This document shows, in pieces, positions 8,746 to 19,116 of a stretch of DNA of 64,000 nt; the stretch's first letter is position 1, and each line of letters starts with the position of its first letter. Under the pieces are notes generated by a model. The model was not told the DNA's origin. It was given only the letters and a program-made list of their open reading frames with translations, and did no database searches. This DNA comes from Lentisphaeria bacterium. GTDB lineage: Bacteria; Verrucomicrobiota; Lentisphaeria; JABSQK01; JAWLHB01. The position numbers were made by a program, and so were the translations under genes. The stretch is from assembly GCA_041690595.1 (NCBI GenBank), contig JAWLHB010000006.1:1-64000 (forward strand), read 5' to 3'.

Positions 8746-10208
8746 AACTACGCATTCTCGGGGGGGACCGGCAAGGGGCCATCATCAGTCTGGAGAACCT
8801 GCCAATGGATATCGGCAGGGATCCAGAGTGCGATCTGGCGTTGAACTCGGACGGCGTCTCGCGGCGTCATGCCCGGCTCTTCCGCGAACATGGCCTTTAC
8901 CTTGTCGAGGATCTGGGGAGCACCAACGGCGTGCGCGTCAATGGGCAGACAATCATGGGGCGCAAATCGTTGATGAATGGCGACCGGATCGGCATCGGCG
9001 ATTGCCTGCTGCTCTTCACCCATGACGAAGCCATACTGGACGACCGCACGCTGACGGCGGTGAGCGAACGCCAGGCGAGCCGTCGGGCCGCGGGAGTAGC
9101 ACGGCCGACGTGGCAGAATCCCGCGCACCTGGCATTGGGGGGGGTGATCATCTGCCTGGTGCTGGCGGCCATTGTCTGGCTGCTGATACCGCCCGCGCCC
9201 GCCCCGTCGATCACCGCCCCCGCGACGGGCGAACCGGCGGCGCGCGAGTCGGTGTTTGCGGAACCGGTGAATCTGCGTCGTCAGGAGGCAGTCGCCGGGA
9301 GAGGTGTGCAGGAGGTGGAGGCAGTCGTTCCGGAGGCGTATGAGGTTGGTCACTACGAGTTGCGGACCGAGCCGGCGGGAGCCATGGTCATCATGGCAGC
9401 CAGGGAGATGGGCCGGACGCCGCTGATCCTGACCGGCATGCAAACGGGCCGGCATGAAGTGCGCTTTGAGATGGCAGGTTTCGAGCCGGCCACGCGCCAT
9501 ATTTTCATCGACGGTTCGCCCATGGCGGCGAATACATCGAGCTTCGACCTGACCCAGCAGATTCTCACCTGCCGGGTGACGAGCGATCCCACGGGGGCGA
9601 GCGTCTTTCACGGGCCGCGGCTGCTTGGCCGGACACCGCTGACCGTTCACGGGCTGCCGGCGGGCGAGTACACGCTGAAGCTTGCTGCTTTTGGTCGCGA
9701 GGCGGTGGAGTTGCCGATACGGCTGGTCGACTATCGTCCCAGCGAGGCGCATGCGATGCTGGGCAACCGCACGGGGAGCCTGGGCGTGGTGACCTTTCCG
9801 GCGGGGGCGGAGATCTTCATCGACGGGGTGAAGATGGGCGTCTCGGAGGGGGCAAAGCCTGGGGCGCAGGATTCGGCGCCGACGATTATCCGCAATCTTG
9901 TGGTGGGGCGGCATACGGCATACTGCGTCTTTGCCGGGCAACGCTCGGCGGTGCAGCAGGTGACGATAGAGGCTTCGGACATGAACGGCGTGCGCCTGAC
10001 GGTCTGGATACCATCGACGACCGTCACCCTCAGCGACGGGACTCAGCTCAACGGCATGCTGCGCAGCAGCGCCGCTGACGGGACGCTCGACCTTGCCACG
10101 TCGCCGCGGCAGCACCGCGTCCTGACGAGCGCGCAGTACAGCAAGGTAGAGACGGTGCCGTATGAGGACTTTCTGCGCCGGCAGCAGAGCGCAGGCGACG
10201 AGCCATGA
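8742..10208 (+). CDS. FHA domain + TM + PEGA repeat protein
   Basis: FHA motifs IGR...SRRHA...DLGSTNG, a TM helix, three PEGA repeats (TEPAGA..GRTPL, SDPTGA..GRTPL, TFPAGAEIFIDG). ATGA overlap with the upstream gene. Confidence 0.85.
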   Translation: MKLRILGGDRQGAIISLENLPMDIGRDPECDLALNSDGVSRRHARLFREHGLYLVEDLGSTNGVRVNGQTIMGRKSLMNGDRIGIGDCLLLFTHDEAILDDRTLTAVSERQASRRAAGVARPTWQNPAHLALGGVIICLVLAAIVWLLIPPAPAPSITAPATGEPAARESVFAEPVNLRRQEAVAGRGVQEVEAVVPEAYEVGHYELRTEPAGAMVIMAAREMGRTPLILTGMQTGRHEVRFEMAGFEPATRHIFIDGSPMAANTSSFDLTQQILTCRVTSDPTGASVFHGPRLLGRTPLTVHGLPAGEYTLKLAAFGREAVELPIRLVDYRPSEAHAMLGNRTGSLGVVTFPAGAEIFIDGVKMGVSEGAKPGAQDSAPTIIRNLVVGRHTAYCVFAGQRSAVQQVTIEASDMNGVRLTVWIPSTTVTLSDGTQLNGMLRSSAADGTLDLATSPRQHRVLTSAQYSKVETVPYEDFLRRQQSAGDEP

Positions 10209-11134
10209 TTCAGGGTTCCGCGCTGGCCTGCCTGATGACGGTGATGCTTGCCCTTGCCGGTTGCGGTGGCGATGGCCAAGAGGAGGAGTCGGGTGCGGAG
10301 GTGGTGCGGATCATCGGCAGTCATGGTTTCGGGCCGGGGCAGCTTTTTCGCCCTCGCGGCATCTTTTTTGTGGATGAGGAGGAGCTTTTCTACGTGGTGG
10401 ACTGGGATGGTCGGATCCACAAGTTCAGCCATGATGGTCGCCTGCTCACGTGGTGGCGGATGCCGGAGGTGGCCAAAGGGAAGCCGGAAGATCTTTGCCT
10501 TGCCGGGAATGGCAATCTGCTGGTGGCGGATACGCACTACAGCCGCATCGTGGAGTTCACGCCGGAGGGGGAACTGGTGGGAAGCTTCGGGAGCTACGGC
10601 TACGGTCCCGGGCAGTTCATCTATCCGGTGGGTATCTGCGTCGATCGATTCGGCTTCATCTATGTCTCGGAGTATGGCGGGAGCGAACGGATCCAGAAGT
10701 TTTCCGCGGAGGGGGAGTATCTTTCGGAGTGGGGCAAGTTCGGGAGCGAACCTGGGGAGTTTCAGCGCCCTTCGGGGATGGCCATCGGGCCTGAGGACAC
10801 CCTTTATGTGGCGGATGCGATCAATCACCGGATCCAGGTATTCGACCTGGAGGGGAAGCTGTTGCGGCACTTCGGGCAGCGCGGGAAGGAACCGGGGGCC
10901 TTCACCTATCCGTACGACGTGGCGATATCAGGCGACAGAGTCTACGTTGTGGAGTATGGTAGTCAACGCGTCCAGCAACTGACGCTGGACGGCCGCATCC
11001 TTGCGGCGCATGGAGATGGCGGCAGTGGCCGGATGAATCTTGCCGCACCCTGGCGTCTGACAGCGAGTCCCCTTGGGGTCTTTGTCTCGGACACCTACAA
11101 TCACCGTATTGTACAGCTTCACTTCAAGCAGTGA
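10205..11134 (+). CDS. NHL-repeat beta-propeller lipoprotein
   Basis: Lipobox LAGC. Repeated GxGPGQFxxPxGI / YVADxxNHRIQVF NHL motifs. Confidence 0.85.
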   Translation: MIQGSALACLMTVMLALAGCGGDGQEEESGAEVVRIIGSHGFGPGQLFRPRGIFFVDEEELFYVVDWDGRIHKFSHDGRLLTWWRMPEVAKGKPEDLCLAGNGNLLVADTHYSRIVEFTPEGELVGSFGSYGYGPGQFIYPVGICVDRFGFIYVSEYGGSERIQKFSAEGEYLSEWGKFGSEPGEFQRPSGMAIGPEDTLYVADAINHRIQVFDLEGKLLRHFGQRGKEPGAFTYPYDVAISGDRVYVVEYGSQRVQQLTLDGRILAAHGDGGSGRMNLAAPWRLTASPLGVFVSDTYNHRIVQLHFKQ

Positions 11135-11141
11135 CGACGAC

Positions 11142-14100
11142 ATGAAACGCAAGCACCTCATCTGGGCAGCCTCGATTACCAGCGCGACATTGGCGTTGCT
11201 GGGCCTGTGCCTGGGGCTCGGGTGGGTGGAGTTTTTCTCGCCGGTCTGGCTGCTGGCGCTGCTGCTTTTGCCGCTCTTCTTCTGGCTGCCCTGGAGGGGG
11301 ATCTCGGGCTTGCCGCCTCACATGAACATGGGGGCTCTGGGGCTGCGGCTGGTGGTCTTCATCTGTCTGACGCTGGCGCTGGCGGATCTTCGGCTGGTGC
11401 TGCGTAACGATGCGCTCTGCGTCTTTTTCGTTCTGGATCAATCGGCGAGTATTCCGGAAGGGATCGTGCAGCAGCAACTGGAGTATGCGAGACGGGCGAG
11501 CCAGACCAAGGAAAGCGACGATCGGACGGGGCTCCTGGTATTCGGCACGAATGCGAGCGTCGAGGCGATCGCGGAGCGGGAGTTGCAGGTGAGCGCGATC
11601 CAGTCGGGGATCGACCGGGATTACACGAATATCGAGGACGCGCTGCGCCTGGCGATGGCCGCCTTCCCGCAGGATACGCGCAGGAAGCTGGTCCTGATGA
11701 GCGACGGCAACGAGAATCTGGGGAACATGCTGGAGGGTGTGCGCCATGCGGTCGGCAACGGAGCGGAGCTGGCGATTCTGCCGGTCCACTACGACTACAC
11801 CAGTGAAGTGCTGATCGAGAAGGTGTACGTGCCGGAACAGATCAAGCGTCGTGAAAGCTTCGACCTGAAGGTACATATCAGTTCGCTGACCAGGAACGGC
11901 GGTATGCTGACCATCTACCGGAACGGCACGCCGATAGCGGAACAGGAGGTCGAACTGGAGCCCGGGACCAACACCTTCACCATCGCGCAGAAGCTGGATG
12001 AGCCCGGCTTTTTCGACTACTCGGCGCGCATCCGTCCGCGTTCGGACCAGATACCGCAGAACAACGAGGGCCGCGGCTTTGTGTACATACAGGGGGAGTC
12101 GCGAATTCTCCTGGTAGCGCCGACGGCTCTCGAAGCGCAATTCCTGGCGGCAGCCTGCCGGAGTGAGAATCTGGAAGCGGACATTGTCCAGCCATCGAGC
12201 ATGCCCACGTCGCTGGGGGAGCTTCAGAATTATGACTGCGTCATCCTGTGCAATGTCAGCGCCGGGGAGATACCACAGGGACTGGAGCAGATGCGCATGT
12301 TGCGCTCAGCGGTGCGCGATCTGGGGATCGGGCTGATCATGGTGGGAGGGAGCAACAGCTTCGGGGCCGGTGATTATCACCAGACGCCGATCGAGGATGC
12401 GCTGCCGGTGAGCATGGATCTGAAGCAGAAGAAGGTGATCCCGAAGGGGGCGATGGTCCTGATCCTGCATACCTGCGAGTTTCCGGACGGCAACTACTGG
12501 GCCAAGGAGATCTCGAAGCAGGCGATCAACACGATCAATCCGCAGGATGAAGCGGGCCTGCTGCTCTACGATTACCAGAACCAGGAATCGTGGTTGTTCG
12601 AACTGCAGACGGCGGAGAACAAGCAGAAGATGTACCGCATGATCGATGGTGCCGTACCGGGCGACATGCCGTCGTTCGGTCCACCGTTCGAGATGGCGTA
12701 CCGGGCGCTGGCGGACTCGGATGCGATGGTGCGGCACATCATCCTGATCTCCGACGGGGACCCAGCGTCGCCGGCCGACGCGGTGATCGCCAACATGGCC
12801 GCCGCCAACATCACCTGCTCGACGATCGGCATCAATCCCCACACGATGCGCGACGTGCAGCAGTTGGAGACGATAGCGCAGCGGACGGGGGGCCAGTATT
12901 ATTTTGCGAACAATCCGCAGGAGTTGCCGCAGATCTTCATCAAGGAAGCGAAGGTGGTGAAGCGGGCGCTGATCTTCAACGAGGTGTTTCAGCCGACGCT
13001 GATCATCAGCACGGAGCTGACGAAGGGGATGCGGCCGGAAGAGCTTCCGCCGCTCAAGGCATATGTGGCGACGAGCGCGAAGCAGCGGGCGATGGTGCCG
13101 ATCGTTTCGGACAACGAGAATCATGATCCGGTGCTGGCGTACTGGCAGTTCGGCCTTGGCAGGACGGTGGCGTTCACCAGCGATGCGACCGCCAACTGGG
13201 CGGAGTATTGGTTGGAGTGGGACAAGTTCGAAAAGTTCTGGGGTCAGATCGTCCGGTGGTCGGCAAGGAAACGTGAGCAGAGCAATCTGGAGATCAGCAC
13301 CCAGATCGAGGGTAACCGGGGGCGCCTGATCATTGACGCGGTGGACGAAAGCGGCCAGTTCATCAATTTTCTGGAGTTGCAGGCGCGCCTGGTCGATCCG
13401 GACTATGCGGGTGAGCTGCTGGAGATCCGGCAGACCGCTCCGGGACGATATGAAGCGGAGTTCGAAGCGCAGAAGGTGGGGACGAACCTCCTGAACATTG
13501 CCTACAAGGATCCACAGACGGGAGCGCAGGGCTTTCTGACAAGTGGGGTCGCGGTCCCCTACCCTCTCGAATACCAGCAACTGCGCACCAACAGCGCCCT
13601 GCTGCGGCGAGCGGCGGCGCTGGCCGATGGGGAGTTGCTCACGGGGGATCCGGCGATCGACCTGGTCTACGAGTCGGATCAGCCGCCGGTGCGGGCATTT
13701 CAGGGAATCTGGAAGTGGTTGATCATCGCGGCCATCCTGCTCTTCTTCGTGGATGTCTTCGTTCGTCGGGTGATTATCACGCGAGAGGATTTTGCCTTTG
13801 CGTGGGGCAAGGTAGCGGAGAGCTTCGGGCGGCGGCCACGGGTGCGTGAGCGGGATCAGACGATGGGGGCGCTGCTGGAGCGCAAGAAGCAGGTATTCGC
13901 GAAGCGGGAAGGCGGCCAGCCGACGGCCTTCAAGGAGCAGCTCGACGCGGCGGCGGCCAGCGAGATCCAGCCAGAATTTGCCGCTCGCGCGGAGACTGCC
14001 GACGATGAGAAAACGAGACCATCGGCGCCGAAGGCGGAGCCGCCGGCGGACTCCGCCTCCTCCCGGGAGAGTGCGGGCGATTATACCGGCAGGCTGCTCG

Positions 14101-14153
14101 CCGCCAAGCGACGCGCTCGCGAAAAACGCCAGGAAAACGATGACAGCAAGTAA
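11142..14153 (+). CDS. Large membrane vWA-domain protein with a glutamine-amidotransferase-like domain
   Basis: N-terminal TMs, vWA MIDAS VLDQSAS...SDGNEN, GATase-like YDCVILCNV...GLIMVGGSNSFGAG, second vWA (ISDG), WQFGLGR, C-terminal TM. Start at ATG 11142. Confidence 0.8.
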   Translation: MKRKHLIWAASITSATLALLGLCLGLGWVEFFSPVWLLALLLLPLFFWLPWRGISGLPPHMNMGALGLRLVVFICLTLALADLRLVLRNDALCVFFVLDQSASIPEGIVQQQLEYARRASQTKESDDRTGLLVFGTNASVEAIAERELQVSAIQSGIDRDYTNIEDALRLAMAAFPQDTRRKLVLMSDGNENLGNMLEGVRHAVGNGAELAILPVHYDYTSEVLIEKVYVPEQIKRRESFDLKVHISSLTRNGGMLTIYRNGTPIAEQEVELEPGTNTFTIAQKLDEPGFFDYSARIRPRSDQIPQNNEGRGFVYIQGESRILLVAPTALEAQFLAAACRSENLEADIVQPSSMPTSLGELQNYDCVILCNVSAGEIPQGLEQMRMLRSAVRDLGIGLIMVGGSNSFGAGDYHQTPIEDALPVSMDLKQKKVIPKGAMVLILHTCEFPDGNYWAKEISKQAINTINPQDEAGLLLYDYQNQESWLFELQTAENKQKMYRMIDGAVPGDMPSFGPPFEMAYRALADSDAMVRHIILISDGDPASPADAVIANMAAANITCSTIGINPHTMRDVQQLETIAQRTGGQYYFANNPQELPQIFIKEAKVVKRALIFNEVFQPTLIISTELTKGMRPEELPPLKAYVATSAKQRAMVPIVSDNENHDPVLAYWQFGLGRTVAFTSDATANWAEYWLEWDKFEKFWGQIVRWSARKREQSNLEISTQIEGNRGRLIIDAVDESGQFINFLELQARLVDPDYAGELLEIRQTAPGRYEAEFEAQKVGTNLLNIAYKDPQTGAQGFLTSGVAVPYPLEYQQLRTNSALLRRAAALADGELLTGDPAIDLVYESDQPPVRAFQGIWKWLIIAAILLFFVDVFVRRVIITREDFAFAWGKVAESFGRRPRVRERDQTMGALLERKKQVFAKREGGQPTAFKEQLDAAAASEIQPEFAARAETADDEKTRPSAPKAEPPADSASSRESAGDYTGRLLAAKRRAREKRQENDDSK

Positions 14154-14177
14154 GCCGTACAGCGAAAGGAATACCCT

Positions 14178-15179
14178 ATGAGCGATAGCAACGTTGAACA
14201 AGCCGCGGAGCAGTTCGAGTCCACTTTCAAAGCCGTGTGCCATGAGATCGGCAAGCTGATGGTGGGTCAACGGGAAATTATCGAGAATGTGCTGGTCTGC
14301 TTCTTCAGCCGCGGGCATGTGCTGCTGGAAGGGGTGCCCGGACTTGGCAAGACGATGCTGGTTCGCACCATGGCGGACGTCTGTGATCTGGAGTTCTCGC
14401 GCATCCAGTTCACGCCGGACCTCATGCCGGCGGACATCATCGGGACGGATGTGGTGCACGAAGATGAACATGGGAACCGGCGGTTCGAGTTCCGGCCCGG
14501 CCCCATTCACAGCCAACTGATTCTGGCGGACGAGATCAACCGCGCCACACCGAAAACGCAGTCCGCGCTGCTGGAGGCGATGCAGGAACACCAGGTTACC
14601 GCGGGGCGGCGGACGTACACGATGCGGGAGCCGTTTCTCGTGCTGGCGACGCAGAATCCGATCGAGATGGAAGGGACCTATCCGCTTCCGGAGGCGCAGC
14701 TCGACCGCTTTCTGCTCAAGCTGAAGGTCGAGATGTCGAGTCGGGAAGAGCTGAAGCAGGTGCTGTCGCGGACGACGGATGCGGGAACGATCACGTTGAA
14801 CAAGATCATGAACGAAGAGAGCGGGCTGCGGATGCGCACCTTTGTGGATAGCCTGGTGACGGCGGACAACGTCAAAGACTATGCGGTTCGGCTGATTCTG
14901 GGGAGTCATCCCGACAACGCCTATGCGCCGGAGGACGTGCGCCGGTATGTACGTTTCGGGAGCAGTCCTCGCGGCGCGCAGGCGCTGGTCCGGGCTGCCA
15001 AGGTCTATGCGGCGATGGATGGGCGGCTTCAGGTGAGCTTCGAGGACATTCGACGGGCGGCACACCCGGCGCTTCGTCATCGCATCCTGATGAACTTCGA
15101 GGGAGAAGCCGAGGCCATCAGCACTGACAGCCTGATCGACAGCATCCTGAACGGGACGCCGGAGATGGCCTCCGCTTGA
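14178..15179 (+). CDS. MoxR-family AAA+ ATPase
   Basis: GHVLLEGVPGLGKT, RIQFTPDLMPADI, LADEINRA, ATQNPIEMEGTYPLPEAQLDRF. Confidence 0.95.
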   Translation: MSDSNVEQAAEQFESTFKAVCHEIGKLMVGQREIIENVLVCFFSRGHVLLEGVPGLGKTMLVRTMADVCDLEFSRIQFTPDLMPADIIGTDVVHEDEHGNRRFEFRPGPIHSQLILADEINRATPKTQSALLEAMQEHQVTAGRRTYTMREPFLVLATQNPIEMEGTYPLPEAQLDRFLLKLKVEMSSREELKQVLSRTTDAGTITLNKIMNEESGLRMRTFVDSLVTADNVKDYAVRLILGSHPDNAYAPEDVRRYVRFGSSPRGAQALVRAAKVYAAMDGRLQVSFEDIRRAAHPALRHRILMNFEGEAEAISTDSLIDSILNGTPEMASA

Positions 15180-15257
15180 GGCGTTATTGGGCATCGCCAG
15201 GAGTTGAAACACGTGGAGAGAGGCCGACATTAACAGCATGATCAGAAAGCTATCAGC

Positions 15258-15644
15258 ATGATATACGGAATCGGAACGGACATCGTGGAGATTGCGCGGG
15301 TGCAGCAGGTGCTGGCCCGCCATCCCGACATGTTTGCGCGGCGCACCTATACGGAGGCCGAACGCGCCATCGGGGCGACGCTGAAGTCGCCGGAGCAGTT
15401 TTATGCGGGTCGCTGGGCGGCGAAGGAAGCGGTTGCCAAGGCGTTGGGGGTTGGCTTTGGCAAGGAGTGCAACTGGCTGGACATCGAGATACTGAATACA
15501 GCGAGCGGCCGGCCGGCGGTCACCCTGAGCGGGAGCGCGGCGGCGTTCGCGGAGCGGCAGACGATCACCACTATTTACGTCAGCATCAGCCATGAGAAGC
15601 ATTATGCCGTCGCCATGGCAGTAGCCGACACGGAGCAGAGATGA
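15258..15644 (+). CDS. acpS: Holo-[acyl-carrier-protein] synthase
   Basis: GIGTDIVEIAR, GRWAAKEA, SISHE motifs. Confidence 0.95.
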   Translation: MIYGIGTDIVEIARVQQVLARHPDMFARRTYTEAERAIGATLKSPEQFYAGRWAAKEAVAKALGVGFGKECNWLDIEILNTASGRPAVTLSGSAAAFAERQTITTIYVSISHEKHYAVAMAVADTEQR

Positions 15645-17176
15645 AAGCAGTATCCTCGCGCACCATGCGTGAACTGGACGAGATGACCATTGCCGGGGGA
15701 ACCCCGGGCGAAACGCTCATGGAGCGAGCAGGGACGGGCGCTTTCGACCAGATCCTTGGCTGGCTGGAGAACATCGCCACCAGCCATGTGGTGATGATCG
15801 TGGTCGTTACCGGCAAGGGAAACAACGGTGGGGACGGACATGTCCTTGCCCGCCTCTTCGCCGAGCATACAGAGTATCCGGTCACCGTCTTTTCCACCTG
15901 CTCGCGAAAGGAACTGAAGGGGGATGCGCGCCTGAATGCCGACCGCCTGCCCGAGGCCGTCGAGTTCATGTATGGCGACGAGCTGCCCGACGAGCTGCTG
16001 ACACCCGGCACGCTGTTGATCGATGCACTCCTGGGGACGGGAATCAAGGGGGCGGTGCAGGAGCCGTACGCGACGATCATCCGCGCGATGAACGAGAGCG
16101 GCCTGCCGATCTGCGCGATCGACCTGCCCTCGGGGCTCAATGCCGATGACGGCTCGGTCGCCAATGTCGCGATCCGGGCTGACCTGACGCTGACCATGGG
16201 GCTGCCGAAAATGGGGTTGCTGCTGGGCGAAGGGCTGGCGCATTGCGGCCAACTGCGCTGCATTGACATTGGCCTGGATGCGGGAAAAACCGAGACCGCG
16301 ATGAGCCCCTTCGACGCGGTCTTTGCGGCAGATGCGCGGGCATTCCTGAAGCGCCTTCCGGTCGATGCGCACAAAGGCTCGATGGGCCGGGTGCTGATCG
16401 TTGGCGGGGCACGGAGCTATCCGGGGGCGCCGATGCTGGCGGGCCGGGGGGCGCTGCGGGCGGGTGGCGGGCTGGTAAGCGTCGCCTTTCCGGAATCGAT
16501 GATTCCGCTGGCACGGCCCAAGGAGAATGCCCTGATCCTGCATCCGCTGGACGATCAGAAGCGCGGCCACCATTGCCTGGGCGAAGAGCTGATGGAGCTG
16601 GCGAAGAGCCAGGATGTTCTGGCGGTCGGCCCCGGCTTGTCCCGGGCGGATGAAGCGTTGGACGTGGTTGCGGCGCTGCTTGGCACCGGCAAAGCGGTAG
16701 TCCTGGATGCCGATGGGCTTTCGGTCTTTTCACGTCATCCGAGTGTACTGCCCCGGCAGGGGCTGACGGTACTGACGCCCCACCCAGGCGAGATGAAGCG
16801 TCTTCTGCAGGCGATCGGGGAGGATGAACTGGCGGAGAAGGATCGGCTGACGCAAGCGGGCGAGCTGGCGCGCAGATTTCGCTGCTTCGTGGTGCTCAAG
16901 GGGGCGGGTACGGTGATCACCTCGCCTGAAGGAGATCTGGCCATCAACAGCTCCGGGACGGCCGGACTGGCAACCGGCGGCACCGGCGACGTGCTGACGG
17001 GCATTCTGGCGGCCTTCCTGGCGCAGAGTGACGATCCCTGGCTGGCGATACGCAGCGCGATCTTCCTGCACGGGTTGGCCGCCGAGCTTGCACCCAATGG
17101 CCGGCGCCATCTTATCGCCGACGATCTTCCCGACTTGCTTGGCGAAGCCATGCATTCCATCTCACCATTTGCCTGA
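15641..17176 (+). CDS. nnr: Bifunctional NAD(P)HX epimerase/dehydratase
   Basis: YjeF_N (GKGNNGGDG, DALLGTG, DLPSG) fused to the carbohydrate-kinase-like domain (HKG, TPHPGEM, GGTGDVLTG). Confidence 0.92.
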   Translation: MKAVSSRTMRELDEMTIAGGTPGETLMERAGTGAFDQILGWLENIATSHVVMIVVVTGKGNNGGDGHVLARLFAEHTEYPVTVFSTCSRKELKGDARLNADRLPEAVEFMYGDELPDELLTPGTLLIDALLGTGIKGAVQEPYATIIRAMNESGLPICAIDLPSGLNADDGSVANVAIRADLTLTMGLPKMGLLLGEGLAHCGQLRCIDIGLDAGKTETAMSPFDAVFAADARAFLKRLPVDAHKGSMGRVLIVGGARSYPGAPMLAGRGALRAGGGLVSVAFPESMIPLARPKENALILHPLDDQKRGHHCLGEELMELAKSQDVLAVGPGLSRADEALDVVAALLGTGKAVVLDADGLSVFSRHPSVLPRQGLTVLTPHPGEMKRLLQAIGEDELAEKDRLTQAGELARRFRCFVVLKGAGTVITSPEGDLAINSSGTAGLATGGTGDVLTGILAAFLAQSDDPWLAIRSAIFLHGLAAELAPNGRRHLIADDLPDLLGEAMHSISPFA

Positions 17177-17191
17177 GAGATATCCGATTCC

Positions 17192-17809
17192 ATGTTCATT
17201 ACGACTTTGTTCAGCAATCCTGCCATGTATTTTCTGCTGCTGGTGGGCGTGATCTTTTCCATTTGCGTCCACGAGATGTCGCACGCGTATATCGCGTACC
17301 AACAGGGGGATTCCACGGCGGTTGATCAGGGGCACCTGACCCTCAACCCGATGATCCAGATGGGACCGATGTCGCTGCTGCTCTGTGCGGTAATCGGTGT
17401 CGCCTGGGGGGCGGTTCCGGTCAATCCACACCGGATGCGTCATCGCTGGAGCCATGCCTGGGTCTCCTTCGCGGGTCCACTGGTCAACCTGATACTCTTC
17501 GTGCTCTTCAGCCTGCTGCTGGGGCTGCTGCTGCGTAACGAGGCGAGCGATCTCTTTGTCAATTTCGCCTTCATGACGGCGACCATCAACATCGTGCTCT
17601 TCCTGCTCAACATGCTGCCGGTACCGCCATTCGACGGCAATACCGTCTTCGGATACTTCTTCCCGCAGCTGGAGCGCATCCACGAGGAGGTGCGCAATGG
17701 CGCGATGTTCATCGTGGTTATCGCGTTTTTCATGCTCAGCGGCCAGATCTTCGCCTTTGCCGGCATGATGTCGATGACAGTGGCCAGCCTCGTTCACATC
17801 TTGGGGTAA
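17192..17809 (+). CDS. Site-2 protease (M50) family intramembrane metalloprotease
   Basis: HEMSH and NMLPVPPFDG motifs in a hydrophobic protein. Confidence 0.9.
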   Translation: MFITTLFSNPAMYFLLLVGVIFSICVHEMSHAYIAYQQGDSTAVDQGHLTLNPMIQMGPMSLLLCAVIGVAWGAVPVNPHRMRHRWSHAWVSFAGPLVNLILFVLFSLLLGLLLRNEASDLFVNFAFMTATINIVLFLLNMLPVPPFDGNTVFGYFFPQLERIHEEVRNGAMFIVVIAFFMLSGQIFAFAGMMSMTVASLVHILG

Positions 17810-17880
17810 GCCCTTGCTGCCGCGCATGCTTCACTGGTGAAAGCTTGACGGAGACGACCAGGGGGAAGACGGGCAGCGTT

Positions 17881-18370
17881 GCCACAGAGATCTCGGAGGC
17901 CTCAGAGCAGAAGACAGGATCCACGAGATTGACAGGATGGATGGGCGACAGCAGAAGAGGAATTGATGCTGTTGTTTTTACCACGAGAGCTTGGGGCGGC
18001 CGTTGGCCGCAACCAAAGGATTTGCGGGTTTCAGGGACACCCGCTCCCTGGCTGAGGCTGAGCTTCGGACACAATCGGACGGACACGGACGGACAGTGGC
18101 ATGTGCGGCAGGGGTGTTCCGGCGGAGGACGGATAGGTGGGTGGCAACTGGACCGTGGCGAATGGGGCGTTTGGGCGAGGAAATGGGACGGTAAGGGGAA
18201 TGGGAAGAACGGGAAGAATGAGAGGAATGGTCGGGGGGGGACGCGTGGACGCGGGACGCGATGGCGGCCGTAATTAACCGCAAAGATCGCAGAGATCGCA
18301 AAGAACGAGCGGGCAGGGGGAGCACGGAGACACGATCCGGGGATGGGCGGAGGAACAACGGAGACGGCGA
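17881..18370. repeat. Mosaic of several different short (mostly 9-bp period) imperfect tandem repeats
   Basis: Examples: CGGACACAAT/CGGACGGACA/CGGACGGACA (~18066-18095), GGGAAGAAC/GGGAAGAAT/GAGAGGAAT (~18202-18228), GGACGCG x3 (~18239-18260), CGCAAAGAT/CGCAGAGAT/CGCAAAGA (18279-18304). Confidence 0.6.
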
Positions 18371-18658
18371 AATGGATGCTTGCCATGACTCTTCTTACGC
18401 AATCAGGATGATTGCGGCCACCTCGGCAAGCTTGGCTGCTTGGCGTGGGGTGCAGAGAAAGCTTTTCGGACGGGTGGCACCACGAAGAGTCGAGACACTT
18501 GCACCAATACCTCCTTGCTGGAAAGCAGGTGGCTTGATTGGCTGGGGAAAAGAAGTAAGCTCAGGTGTGAGATCATTATTCTCCGTTTGCACTCGACACA
18601 TCCGCCTCCAAGGGCAGCATCCTCGATATACATTCCATGCGGGAATCAATAAACTGTC

Positions 18659-18985
18659 TCACTGATTCTTCAGGTGGTTCGCCAGCAACTGGTCAAGAAC
18701 GATTTGCGGATCAGTTGAGGCTTTCAGAAAGCCTGCAGCGCTGAGTCCAGACGTGCACAAGAGATCCTTTCGAGCGCCTTTCAGCAAAAGCAGAACGGCG
18801 ATATCCAGTCTACGGTTCTGGCAGGAAGTGAAGTCATTCCGTCGGCTCCTACTTGGTTTACGTTAGCAGCACCCTCACTGAGAAGCTGAGCACAATCAAC
18901 CGAACCAGTATTGACAGCCACGAGTAATGGAGCAATGCCTGCCGTCCTCGGCGTAGCATTCGCAGACTGGCCACCATAGCTCTTC
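18659..18985 (-). pseudogene. Frameshifted ankyrin-repeat gene remnant
   Basis: Minus strand reads GIAPLLVAVNTGSVDCAQLLSEGAANVNQVGADGMTSL, then after a frameshift QNRRLDIAVLLLLKGARKDLLCTSGLSA...KNQ*. Ankyrin consensus, in a lower-GC stretch, with no clear start. Confidence 0.6.
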
Positions 18986-19116
18986 TTCTGCCTAACTGCA
19001 CACCATCAGCAAAGCTCGGGTATCTGGCAATAGGCTATCTCAGCCAATTCTCGCTGTCAACCGCATATTCTTAAGTCAAAAGGAATTGAGCACACGCGGG
19101 AGGGGGTGGACGCCGT

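Noticed and set aside
12306..15602. 1098-aa minus-strand ORF
   Set aside because: Antisense shadow of the vWA, MoxR and acpS genes.
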